From NCBI GenBank assembly GCA_034003955.1, contig JAVEXO010000004.1:4426-68425 (forward strand): a DNA stretch of 64,000 bases. The letters run 5' to 3'. The number at the start of each line of letters is the position of its first letter. Position 1 is the stretch's first letter. Below, piece after piece: positions 8,387 to 17,900 of this stretch. The stretch is from Spirochaetia bacterium (GTDB taxonomy: Bacteria > Spirochaetota > Spirochaetia > Treponematales > UBA12059). A program made the position numbers and the translations under genes. The notes beneath the pieces were generated by a model that was not told where the DNA came from, made no database searches, and saw nothing but the letters and a program-made list of their open reading frames with translations.

Positions 8387-8779
8387 TTACTGCTCAATGC
8401 CGAAGAGCCTCATGAAGAAGGCGACGATGGCGTTCCAGCATCGCCTCAAGAAACCCGGATGCTTGAGGCGCTCTAGCCTCTCTAACGCCGAATCCAACTC
8501 ATCTTGCCCCAAGGGGCAACGCTGCAGATTTTCTTCAAGCTCAAGTTGGAGACGTTCTGCGGCGTTAGTCTCATCGAGTATGATCGCCTCTATTGTCTTC
8601 CAACCCAGGCTGCTTGCGGCGGCCAGGCGTCTACGACCACTGACCAGCACCTTGCCGCGTGTTATCGTTATAGGATGCAGCTGGCCAAAGTGCTTAAGAC
8701 TGTCCGCCAATTGATCGATATCATGTAATTCTCTGCGGACTCTTTTTTTAATACGTATAGAATTAATATCGACTTGCAC
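8387..8779 (-). CDS. Stand-alone ParB N-terminal (ParB/Srx) domain protein, 130 aa
   Basis: ParB box I-like 'LADSLKHFGQLHPITI' and arginine patch 'VSGRRRLAAASSLGW' (compare GERRxRAA). No HTH or dimerisation domain. C-terminal amphipathic, hydrophobic 'FLRRCWNAIVAFFMRLFG'. Confidence 0.7.
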   Translation of the reverse strand: MQVDINSIRIKKRVRRELHDIDQLADSLKHFGQLHPITITRGKVLVSGRRRLAAASSLGWKTIEAIILDETNAAERLQLELEENLQRCPLGQDELDSALERLERLKHPGFLRRCWNAIVAFFMRLFGIEQ

Positions 8780-8820
8780 CTATCCCTCCGGCTACTACAA
8801 TGGTATAGCCGATTGGCTGT

Positions 8821-11403
8821 CTAATCAAGGATGCTGCTTGAGGGTAGAGGGGGGGTGTCCGTTAAAGGCATGGTTGATTCGTCACGTGGCTGTAGCTCTG
8901 GATCCGGATCGGGCTGGCCAAGGATTTGTCCGAGGCTTTTTAGCAAGGCATCTATGTCGCTTGGGTCAAAATCCAGTCCTGAATCAATTCTGCCTCCACT
9001 GAGTACGCTCTGCTGACCAGAGAGGTTTCTTATGGTGGATTCGGCCTGCTCAGACTTGAACTGATGCAGATCACAGTATTGTTTAGGTTGCGTTCCTTCA
9101 TAATATGTCAGCGTGGTGCTGCCTTCGTCACAGTATTCTGTAGGCAGAAGCCCGGAGACAGAGCAGACGGTTACATCGATGAGGCCATTCTGTGGGCGAA
9201 TGAAGTCCTTGAACGGCAAGCCTTGATGTATTTCTGACATGTAGTTGGCCCAGGCTATGCCTGCCACGGCCGCTCCAGACTGGCTGACGCCAAGGGAGTT
9301 CCCCGGTCTGTCAAAGCCAAACCAGATGGCGGTGCTCATGTAGGGGGTAAATCCTACTGTCCAGGCATCGGCCCAGTTCTGGGTGGTGCCTGTCTTGCCG
9401 GCCGCAGGAATGGTGTAGCGTTTTCCATCAGCATCCTTGTAGGTGAAGGAGGCTCCACCCGCTGTGGGATAGGCCAGTGTCCCGGTTTTAACGACGCGCT
9501 TTAGTAGATCGGTCATAACATAGGCATTCTGTGGTGATATGACCTGGATGCCTGTGCCTTTCTTCTTCTGCTCGCTGCGTAGATCCTTCTCTGGGTCGAG
9601 TATTGTCCTGCCTGAACGATCCTCTATCGATCGTATCGATATGGGGCTTACCTCTCGACCCTGGTTGGCAAAGATTGAGAATGCCCGTGCCATCTTGAGA
9701 GGCGAGACCTGGCTTATGCCCAGGGCAAGGGGGTAGACCCGTGGGAAGGTCATCCTGATTTCCTCCGGAGAGCTGATGCCAAGCAGTGCGGCGGCTCTAT
9801 TTATGGCCGCGTCGAAACCTATGCCGTCGAGGACCTTTACAGACGGCACATTCATAGACTTGGCCAAGGCATACCAGAGTAGGACCTGGCCTTTCCATTC
9901 TCCCTTGAAATTGAGGGGTATGTATGGCGTGCCATCTTCATTATAGAAGACGACCGGAGCATCATATATCAATGATCCCGGTGTGAAGCGTCTGGAATCT
10001 ATGGCCGCAGAGTAATACAAGGGCTTGAAGCATGAACCTGGCATCAATTGAGCCTGGTTTACCCGTATGAGCTGATTTGACTGGTCGAATTTAGAGCCGC
10101 CCACAAAGGCCTTTATATACCCTGTGGCGTTTTCTATGGTGACGAGGGCTCCCTCTACGGTGTTCTTCTCCAGCTCCGTCTTGGAGGCTCCATAGCTGGC
10201 GTTGGTGGCTGATTTAAGTGGTTCCAGGCCGAACATCAAGGCCAGGGCATCTACTGTGGGGTTGATGTTCTTTCGGTAGTACTCCATGGATTTTCCACGG
10301 ATCATCGTTTCCTGGAAGAAAACACCCTCAAGGTTGAACGCCAGACCGAGCATCTGTGCCATTGGTGCGTATATACGCTCGGCTTCCCGGAGGCGCTGCG
10401 AGCTTGAGGCGGAATACTCCTTGTTGACCTGGGCAAGATAGCGATCCATGTACTTGTCTGCTACTTCCTGGTAGTCAAGGTTGAGCGTCGTATGGATTGT
10501 TAGCCCATCCTTGTACAGGTCTGTCGATCCATAGAGCATGTCGACGAGTTGCTTGCGTACATACTCGCTGAACCAGGGAGCCTTATCGTCACGGGAGTAG
10601 AATGCTGCGCTTGCGACGCGTGTATAATCGTAGTTGTCCCAGTACAAGGCAAAGGAATTGTCGGCCTCATCCTGGCCTACGTAACCAAGATTGATCATCT
10701 GGTCTAGTACTTCCCTCGAACGTTCGCGGGCGATATTGGGGTTGCGTATTGGATTATACTTGGTAGGACTCGATAGCTGAATGACCAAAATGGCCGACTC
10801 TGCTATGCTGAGCGTCTTGGCCGAATGGCCAAAGAAGTACTTGCTCGCGGCTTCCACACCGTATACGCCAGGGCCCATGATCATCCTGTTCATGTACATC
10901 TCAAGAATTTCTTGTTTTGAGAAGCGGCGTTCCAGTTGCAGGGCCCACCACAGTTCGACGAATTTGCGCTTAAAACTGATATCCCGGCGGTCGGCGTACA
11001 GCGTACCCGAAAGTTGTAAGGTAAGCGTAGAGCCTCCACCCATATTTTTCCTCGTCACTATACCAATGAGCGCTCTCATGTAGGCTCTGAGCGTAAAGCC
11101 TGGATGAGTCCAGAAGGATTGATCCTCTCGTGTTACCAAGGCGTCTATGTAGTGCTGTGGTACATCCTTTATCGATATGAGTTCGCGCTTTTCACTCGAT
11201 ACAAATTCGGTTATAAGCCGCCCTTCACTGTCGAGGAGCCTGGAAGGCAGGGGGGGATCGAAGGTGGTAAAATTCTCTACGGAGACTATGTTCCTGACCG
11301 ATGCTATGGCTACACCGAACATCACTCCTAGCATGATGGCCGCCACTATGGCGAAGATGATGAGTGATTTGAATACTATTCTAATAGATTTTCCGGATGC
11401 CAT
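8821..11403 (-). CDS. mrcA: Bifunctional class A penicillin-binding protein (PBP1A; transglycosylase/transpeptidase)
   Basis: N-terminal TM anchor. GT51 motifs 'EDQSFWTHPGF', 'GGSTLTLQL' and 'RKFVELWWALQLERRFSKQEILEMYMN'. Transpeptidase motifs 'SCFK' (SxxK), 'SMN' (SxN) and 'KTGTT'. Confidence 0.9.
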   Translation of the reverse strand: MASGKSIRIVFKSLIIFAIVAAIMLGVMFGVAIASVRNIVSVENFTTFDPPLPSRLLDSEGRLITEFVSSEKRELISIKDVPQHYIDALVTREDQSFWTHPGFTLRAYMRALIGIVTRKNMGGGSTLTLQLSGTLYADRRDISFKRKFVELWWALQLERRFSKQEILEMYMNRMIMGPGVYGVEAASKYFFGHSAKTLSIAESAILVIQLSSPTKYNPIRNPNIARERSREVLDQMINLGYVGQDEADNSFALYWDNYDYTRVASAAFYSRDDKAPWFSEYVRKQLVDMLYGSTDLYKDGLTIHTTLNLDYQEVADKYMDRYLAQVNKEYSASSSQRLREAERIYAPMAQMLGLAFNLEGVFFQETMIRGKSMEYYRKNINPTVDALALMFGLEPLKSATNASYGASKTELEKNTVEGALVTIENATGYIKAFVGGSKFDQSNQLIRVNQAQLMPGSCFKPLYYSAAIDSRRFTPGSLIYDAPVVFYNEDGTPYIPLNFKGEWKGQVLLWYALAKSMNVPSVKVLDGIGFDAAINRAAALLGISSPEEIRMTFPRVYPLALGISQVSPLKMARAFSIFANQGREVSPISIRSIEDRSGRTILDPEKDLRSEQKKKGTGIQVISPQNAYVMTDLLKRVVKTGTLAYPTAGGASFTYKDADGKRYTIPAAGKTGTTQNWADAWTVGFTPYMSTAIWFGFDRPGNSLGVSQSGAAVAGIAWANYMSEIHQGLPFKDFIRPQNGLIDVTVCSVSGLLPTEYCDEGSTTLTYYEGTQPKQYCDLHQFKSEQAESTIRNLSGQQSVLSGGRIDSGLDFDPSDIDALLKSLGQILGQPDPDPELQPRDESTMPLTDTPPLPSSSILD

Positions 11404-11468
11404 GGCGGCAAAATCCTATGCGAAAGGGTAGGCCAAGGTCAAGGCGCGACCTGGATTGGATGACCTTG

Positions 11469-11496
11469 AAAAAAAGGCCGGTCTTTGGGACCGGCC
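11469..11496 (-). terminator. Rho-independent terminator (minus strand), about 65 nt upstream of the PBP1A start codon
   Basis: Perfect 8-bp GC-rich stem with a 5-nt loop, followed by seven U residues on the minus strand. Confidence 0.65.
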
Positions 11497-11564
11497 CGCC
11501 CTGACAGGCAGTGTCGGCGCAGTCCACGATACATTGGGAGGGGAATCGTAGGCGCGCCTGACAC
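11469..11564 (-). ncRNA. Candidate small RNA or 5' leader element: hairpin with a C-rich loop plus an intrinsic terminator
   Basis: The minus strand forms an imperfect hairpin from 11564 to 11511. Its outer stem is GUGUC(A)GGCGC/GCGCCGACAC, its inner stem ACGAU/AUCGU, and its loop UCCCCUCCCAAUGU. Then follows GGCCGGUC-CCAAA-GACCGGCC-U7 (11496 to 11469). The 5' end is unknown. Confidence 0.35.
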
Positions 11565-11654
11565 TCTCAGTATCGGCGTGCCTTATGATGTTTTTAAGCA
11601 ATTTTATTGAATTTGCCCTGCCCGGTATAGTATATTTATCCGGCAGATTGACGA

Positions 11655-11682
11655 TTGATTCTACTTGTCGGTATTCTATAGA
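11655..11682 (+). promoter_or_regulatory. Candidate promoter for gap
   Basis: TTGATT (11655-11660), a 16-nt spacer, then TATAGA (11677-11682). An SD GGAGG sits at 11720-11724, ahead of the ATG at 11730. Confidence 0.35.
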
Positions 11683-11693
11683 TACAAAAATAG

Positions 11694-12806
<1,113 letters not shown>

Positions 12807-12812
12807 GTACCT

Positions 12813-12840
12813 GCCCGCCTTTTAGAAGGCGGGCTTTTTT
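12813..12840 (+). terminator. Rho-independent terminator between gap and pgk
   Basis: GCCCGCC-TTTTAGAA-GGCGGGC followed by T6. Confidence 0.7.
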
Positions 12841-12886
12841 AATGTACGCCTGACAAGATGCCCATCTCGGAGGCTGGAGGATATCG

Positions 12887-14146
12887 ATGATCAAGACAAT
12901 AAAAGACGTATCATTGGCTGGCAAGCGAATTGTCATGCGCGTCGATTTTAACGTTCCCATGAAGGATGGCGTCATACAGGACGACACACGCATCGTCGCA
13001 GCCATTCCAACCATACGGTATGTTCAAGAACATGGGGCACGATACCTGGTCCTGATGAGCCATCTAGGTGATCCCAACAAGGACACGAAGAAGGCCAGGG
13101 ATAAGGCCACCCGAGCCGGTAAGACCTGGGATGAGGCAGAGTATCTGGCTGGAAAACACAGGCTGTTGCCCGTAGCGGAGTACTTGGCGGTAAAACTTGG
13201 TGTTCCAGTGGTGTTCGCCGGAGAAGACGGTTGCTTTGGCAAGAAGGCTTTTCTCGATGCTCAGGCCCAGGGCGCCATCATCATGCTTGAGAATACCCGT
13301 TTCCATAAGGAAGAAACCAGTGACGATCCATTGGAGCGGGACAAGCTGGCTCGAGAGCTGGCATCATACGGGGACATATTCGTCAATGACGCCTTCGGCA
13401 CGGCTCACCGCGATCATGCGTCAACCGCATCGATAGCCAAGTTTATTCCTGTTTCAGTAGGAGGTCTCCTCATGGACAAGGAGGTACGCTACCTTGAGCC
13501 CATGGTAACAAACCCTCCAAAGCCTATGGTTGCCATCATCGGCGGTGCCAAGGTCAGTTCCAAGATATCGGTTCTGGAGAGTCTGCTTAATAATGCCCAC
13601 GCCATGATAATTGGTGGCGGCATGGCCTACACCTTCCTCAAGGCTCAGGGCAAAACGATAGGCTCATCCCTCATGGAAGATGACCAGCTGGATACGGCCA
13701 AGAGCATACTTGAGGCGGCCACACGGGGTGGCGTAGAGATCGTTTTGCCGGTAGACCATGTCTGCGCTGATTCATTCGATGGAGATGCGGTTCCCAAGAT
13801 AATAGACGCCCAAGACATTCCAGAAGGTCTCATGGGTCTCGATGTTGGCCCCAAGACCCTGATCAAGTATAAGGCCGTCATAGACCAAGCCAAGAGCATT
13901 ATCTGGAATGGCCCCGTTGGTGTATTCGAGTTCGATGCCTTTGCCAAGGGAACAGAGGAAGTCGCCAAGATGGTGGCCGCCGCAACAGGCAGAGGCGCCA
14001 TTACGGTGGTAGGCGGGGGAGACTCGGTAGCAGCCGTCAATAAATTCAACCTGGCAGACAAGATGAGTCATGTCTCTACCGGCGGAGGCGCTTCTTTGGA
14101 GTTGCTAGAAAGAAAGATGCTCCCCGGTATAGAAGTGTGTAGATAG
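12887..14146 (+). CDS. pgk: Phosphoglycerate kinase
   Basis: 'RVDFNVP' near the N-terminus. 'FVNDAFGTAHR', and 'GGGDS' and 'STGGGA' near the C-terminus. SD GGAGG upstream. Confidence 0.95.
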   Translation: MIKTIKDVSLAGKRIVMRVDFNVPMKDGVIQDDTRIVAAIPTIRYVQEHGARYLVLMSHLGDPNKDTKKARDKATRAGKTWDEAEYLAGKHRLLPVAEYLAVKLGVPVVFAGEDGCFGKKAFLDAQAQGAIIMLENTRFHKEETSDDPLERDKLARELASYGDIFVNDAFGTAHRDHASTASIAKFIPVSVGGLLMDKEVRYLEPMVTNPPKPMVAIIGGAKVSSKISVLESLLNNAHAMIIGGGMAYTFLKAQGKTIGSSLMEDDQLDTAKSILEAATRGGVEIVLPVDHVCADSFDGDAVPKIIDAQDIPEGLMGLDVGPKTLIKYKAVIDQAKSIIWNGPVGVFEFDAFAKGTEEVAKMVAAATGRGAITVVGGGDSVAAVNKFNLADKMSHVSTGGGASLELLERKMLPGIEVCR

Positions 14147-14182
14147 ATAAACGAATCGCAGCTGGCACAATCCAAGGAGAAT

Positions 14183-14938
14183 ATGATGAGAAAATACTAT
14201 ATAGCTGGAAACTGGAAGATGCATAAGACAGTCTCTGAATCTGTAGAGCTGGCAGAGGCTCTTGTTAAAGAGCTGGCATCATCCTCTGTTAGAGTGATGA
14301 TAGCACCGGCATTCACCGCGCTGTCGGCCGTGGCCAAGGTCATCAAGGGCTCCACAATCGTGCTTGGAGCACAGAACATGGGCCAGGAAGTACAGGGTGC
14401 CCATACCGGCGAGATATCTCCCCTCATGCTCAAGGATATAGGAGTAAAGGCTGTGATCCTGGGGCATTCAGAACGCAGACACGGCTACTTGGAGACCGAT
14501 CAACTTATAAACAAGAAGGTTCTGCTTGCCTTGAGCCAAGGCCTGGAACCAATACTCTGTGTTGGCGAGACACTGGAGGAACGCGAATCCGGTCATCTTG
14601 AGAACGTCATTGGAACCCAGGTCAAGGAAGGTCTCAAGGGTGTCGGCACTCAGGAGCTGTCTAGCGTAACAATAGCCTACGAACCGGTATGGGCAATAGG
14701 CACCGGAAAAACCGCTACACCCGAAGATGCCGATGCCGTGCATGCGTATATACGCAAGGTGCTTGCGGGTCTCTATGATGATGGGGCAGCCAAGGCCATG
14801 TGCATACAGTATGGTGGTTCGGTCAAGCCAGATAATGTCGCCGAACTGATGGCCAAGCCCAATATAGACGGAGCCCTGGTAGGAGGGGCGGCGCTCAAGG
14901 TGGATAGCTTTGGCCCTATCGTTAAATTTATATCCTGA
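14183..14938 (+). CDS. tpiA: Triosephosphate isomerase
   Basis: 'IAGNWKMHK', 'ILGHSERR', 'AYEPVWAIGTG' and 'IQYGGSV'. The start could be the second ATG at 14186. Confidence 0.95.
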   Translation: MMRKYYIAGNWKMHKTVSESVELAEALVKELASSSVRVMIAPAFTALSAVAKVIKGSTIVLGAQNMGQEVQGAHTGEISPLMLKDIGVKAVILGHSERRHGYLETDQLINKKVLLALSQGLEPILCVGETLEERESGHLENVIGTQVKEGLKGVGTQELSSVTIAYEPVWAIGTGKTATPEDADAVHAYIRKVLAGLYDDGAAKAMCIQYGGSVKPDNVAELMAKPNIDGALVGGAALKVDSFGPIVKFIS

Positions 14939-14964
14939 GTCTGCCTCCTCTTAGGCTATAGGAC

Positions 14965-14992
14965 TTGCACGGTCGTCCCAATCTGGTATAGT
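14965..14992 (+). promoter_or_regulatory. Candidate internal promoter upstream of secG
   Basis: TTGCAC (14965-14970), a 16-nt spacer, then TATAGT (14987-14992). Confidence 0.3.
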
Positions 14993-15055
14993 ATCGCGCG
15001 GAGCGTCGTCTCAGACGAACGCTAAGCAGACCCAATTCAAATCGGAGTCGTACAA

Positions 15056-15439
15056 ATGGGTGTTTTTGGCATAGTCCTTCTTGTTCTTTTCGCTATAGTG
15101 TGTCTCTTGCTGATCGTCATGGTCGTCATTCAGGATTCTGAAGGCGAGGGCCTCGGTGGCCTCTTCTCCGGAGCCGGGAATACGGCTTTTGGTTCGCGCT
15201 CTTCTAATGTAGTCGTTCGCTTCACCTATATTCTAGGCGGTCTGTTCTTCGTCATAGCGTTCAGCCTGGCCATACTCAGCAGAAGCTCTGTGGGTGATGT
15301 CGAAAAGGCGGTGCAATCACAGGAAGGACAGTCCAGCGAGTGGTGGAGCCCGGACGCCAAGACCGATACCCCTGCACCAACAGAAATCCCTGCCGCTCCC
15401 GTGTCTCCCGAACCTGAGACTCCCCCGGCGACAAACTAG
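15056..15439 (+). CDS. secG: Preprotein translocase subunit SecG (with a Pro/Thr-rich C-terminal tail)
   Basis: Two TM helices flank the Gly-rich loop 'GEGLGGLFSGAGNTAFGSRSSN', which is typical of SecG. Position after tpiA. SD GGAG upstream. Confidence 0.75.
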   Translation: MGVFGIVLLVLFAIVCLLLIVMVVIQDSEGEGLGGLFSGAGNTAFGSRSSNVVVRFTYILGGLFFVIAFSLAILSRSSVGDVEKAVQSQEGQSSEWWSPDAKTDTPAPTEIPAAPVSPEPETPPATN

Positions 15440-15446
15440 GTTCCGC

Positions 15447-15935
15447 GTGCCCTCGCATCCGCTTGCCTTGCATGACTTGTTCAGCGCGAACAGGATTTGC
15501 ACGGATATAGAGAGCATAGATAAACCATCGCTGTTTGCCGAACTCGTCGACCTCATAGCAGAGACGAGTTCGGGAACATTTGACAGGGTTTCCGCCTTGG
15601 CTTGCCTCATGGAACGCGAGGCATTGATGTCAACAGGTATTAGAAAAGGCATAGCGGTACCGCACGGCAAGAGCACCAGTTTTAGTCGTATGTATGGAGC
15701 CATTGGCGTTTCAAAACGTGGTGTAGCATACGACGCACTGGACGGGGCTCCTGTACACGTGGCGTTTATGATCGTTTCTCCTAAGTTGCATTCTGAAACA
15801 CACCTTAAGACCCTTAAGCTTCTTGCCAGACTTCTCGATATTCCTGGCTTCGTCGATGCCATCCTTGTTGCCAAGGATTCAGTCGAAGCTCACCGCTGCA
15901 TAGTAGACTTCGAGGAGCGGTTGGGCTCAGCCTGA
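15447..15935 (+). CDS. PTS EIIA(Ntr)-type (PtsN-like) regulatory protein
   Basis: EIIA type-2 domain with the phosphorylatable-His motif 'GIAVPHGKS'. The ORF-track start at 15294 overlaps secG and is unlikely. An in-frame GTG at 15447 (or TTG at 15468) is proposed as the start, but it is uncertain because there is no SD. Confidence 0.65.
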   Translation: MPSHPLALHDLFSANRICTDIESIDKPSLFAELVDLIAETSSGTFDRVSALACLMEREALMSTGIRKGIAVPHGKSTSFSRMYGAIGVSKRGVAYDALDGAPVHVAFMIVSPKLHSETHLKTLKLLARLLDIPGFVDAILVAKDSVEAHRCIVDFEERLGSA

Positions 15936-15946
15936 CCCCGAGTCTG

Positions 15947-16750
15947 GTGAAGGATCTCTATGCCATCCTGGGCGTCCATCCGGAGGCTACCCAGAAGGAA
16001 ATAAAAAGCTCATTCAGAGCAAAAGCCAAGGCCTGGCATCCCGACACCGGCGCTAGCGATGATGAGGCGATGCGTCTGGCCCTCGAGGCATACAGGATAC
16101 TGTCTGACGCCCAATCGAGAAGGGAATACGATAGGGGTCGTCTGAGGATCGTTCCTCATGCCAATGGTTCTACCTTCGATTACAGGGAATGGCTACTAGA
16201 CCGCCTGGACAATCCTGAGTATGTGGCCAAGCTTGTCTTTTATGACCTCCTCCATGAACGAGAGGATGAGGCTCTTTCTCTGTACGAAAAGATACGAGAT
16301 ACGGATGATGGCAGACTGGAGCGCTACTTCGAGAGGCCGGAGGCCATGGACGCCGAGTTCTGTATAGCCGAGGAGTACGCCGCCAGAGGCAGATTCGTAG
16401 ACGCCTATAGGGTGATGAAGCGACTCATCGTGATGGAACAGAGCTCTCCTGGTTTTGGTTATTTCTACGACGTTGTCCTTGCCCGGTTTAAACACCTCGT
16501 CTTGGAGGATCTGTCCAGGGTACTGGAACCAGAGGCCATGCTTGAGACCCTGACAGAGGCCGTATCCGCTCGTAGCTCGGCCGAGAATGATGCACATTTC
16601 CAGAGAAGAAGAGCAGAAATCCTTCTCAGGCTTGGCAGGGCCATGGAGGCCAAATCAGCCTTGGACAAGGCTGCGGCCCTCTCTCCCAGGATGCCTGGCC
16701 TCAAGGTCTTGGCTATGAAAGTGTCTACTATCAGTGCTAAAGCAGAGTAG
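15947..16750 (+). CDS. J-domain (DnaJ N-terminal domain) protein with a helical/TPR-like C-terminal region
   Basis: 'DLYAILGV...KSSFRAKAKAWHPD' contains the HPD motif. There is no Gly/Phe or zinc-finger region, so this is not canonical DnaJ. GTG start. Confidence 0.75.
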   Translation: MKDLYAILGVHPEATQKEIKSSFRAKAKAWHPDTGASDDEAMRLALEAYRILSDAQSRREYDRGRLRIVPHANGSTFDYREWLLDRLDNPEYVAKLVFYDLLHEREDEALSLYEKIRDTDDGRLERYFERPEAMDAEFCIAEEYAARGRFVDAYRVMKRLIVMEQSSPGFGYFYDVVLARFKHLVLEDLSRVLEPEAMLETLTEAVSARSSAENDAHFQRRRAEILLRLGRAMEAKSALDKAAALSPRMPGLKVLAMKVSTISAKAE

Positions 16751-16856
16751 CCTTGAACAGTCAGGGCGAATTGCATTAACCTACGTTGTTTTTATTTGTT
16801 GTTTTAGAAGGTCTGCCTTTAGCGCGGCCACATAGTTAGCCCTCTTGGAGATGTGC

Positions 16857-17900
16857 ATGCAAAATCGATTGTCTATACTACTCGCCGCCTCGCTCGTAGG
16901 CTCATTCGTTGCCCTGCCCCTTGGGGCCCAGCCGATGAGCGCTACGAGTCTCGGGGCTCCTTTGGCTACCGTCAAGCTCATAAAGACAGAGATAGTCTCT
17001 GATAGAACATTCAAGGAAGACCTTGTAAAGCTGGAAGCAACTCTGGGAAAGAGCCTTAACACAGAAGAGCGCAAGGCCTACCTGGATGATGTGATTAACG
17101 ACCTGTTGTTCTATCAGATGTGTGAACGTGACGGTATAAAGGTAAGCGATGGCGAGATTGACGCGTATATAGCTCAATTACGATCTCAGAGGCCTGCTGG
17201 AGAAAGCGATCAGCAATTCTCGGCATTCCTGGCGACTCAGGGCATACCATTTGCGGACTTGAGGACGTACTACCGCAAGCAGGTACTCATACAGCGTTGG
17301 CTGATGAGCGCCAAGTCGGCCGAAATAGCCGCTATTCCACCCATCAGCATCAATGACATCCTGACCACCTATGAGCTGTACAAGTCGCGGCTGGTTCGCC
17401 CTGATACCCTCAAGCTGTCCTTCCTCTTCTATCCGCTCAAGGATCAGAGTGCCGCAGAGAGAAGCAAGGGCGCTGCCCTGATGAAGTCATTGTCAGAACG
17501 TCTTGCCAAGGGAGAATCTTTCGATTCTTTGCGCCTGCAGGCTCAGGATGGCGGGTATGCCGCCAATAAGGACGTCATATACTTTGAGCGTAGCGATGTG
17601 TTTATTTCGCAATTTGGCAAGGTATTCTACGACACCGTTTTTGCCATGAAGGATAATACCACCTCCATTGTTTTTGAAACCGAAGCAGGCTGGTGGATAG
17701 TGCGCAGGATGGACTTCATGCCGCAGCGTCAGCTTGAACTGACAGATCCTTACAGACTCGGTCAGCCGGGGACGGTCCAGGACTACATAGGTCAATTGCT
17801 GGCCAAACAGCGTGAAAACGAGTTTCTGCAGAAGACATTCAGTGATCTCTTCAAGAAGCTGCGAGGACAGGCTGATATAAAGATTATCGGTAAGCCCTAA
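16857..17900 (+). CDS. Periplasmic SurA-like chaperone / peptidyl-prolyl isomerase family protein (putative)
   Basis: Signal peptide 'MQNRLSILLAASLVGSFVALPLGAQP'. SurA-N-like helical region 'ERKAYLDDVINDLLFYQ'. The assignment comes from overall pattern only. ATG 16857 has a GGAG 6 nt upstream. Confidence 0.5.
   Translation: MQNRLSILLAASLVGSFVALPLGAQPMSATSLGAPLATVKLIKTEIVSDRTFKEDLVKLEATLGKSLNTEERKAYLDDVINDLLFYQMCERDGIKVSDGEIDAYIAQLRSQRPAGESDQQFSAFLATQGIPFADLRTYYRKQVLIQRWLMSAKSAEIAAIPPISINDILTTYELYKSRLVRPDTLKLSFLFYPLKDQSAAERSKGAALMKSLSERLAKGESFDSLRLQAQDGGYAANKDVIYFERSDVFISQFGKVFYDTVFAMKDNTTSIVFETEAGWWIVRRMDFMPQRQLELTDPYRLGQPGTVQDYIGQLLAKQRENEFLQKTFSDLFKKLRGQADIKIIGKP

Noticed and set aside
11416-11601. 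61-aa minus-strand ORF in the PBP1A-gap intergenic region
   Set aside because: It runs through both the large hairpin and the intrinsic terminator. It has no SD, and the region is better explained as RNA structure.
15294-15446. N-terminal extension of the PtsN-like ORF overlapping secG
   Set aside because: It would overlap secG by 146 nt in a different frame and encodes a Pro/Arg-rich stretch not found in EIIA domains. This is an ORF-caller longest-frame artefact.
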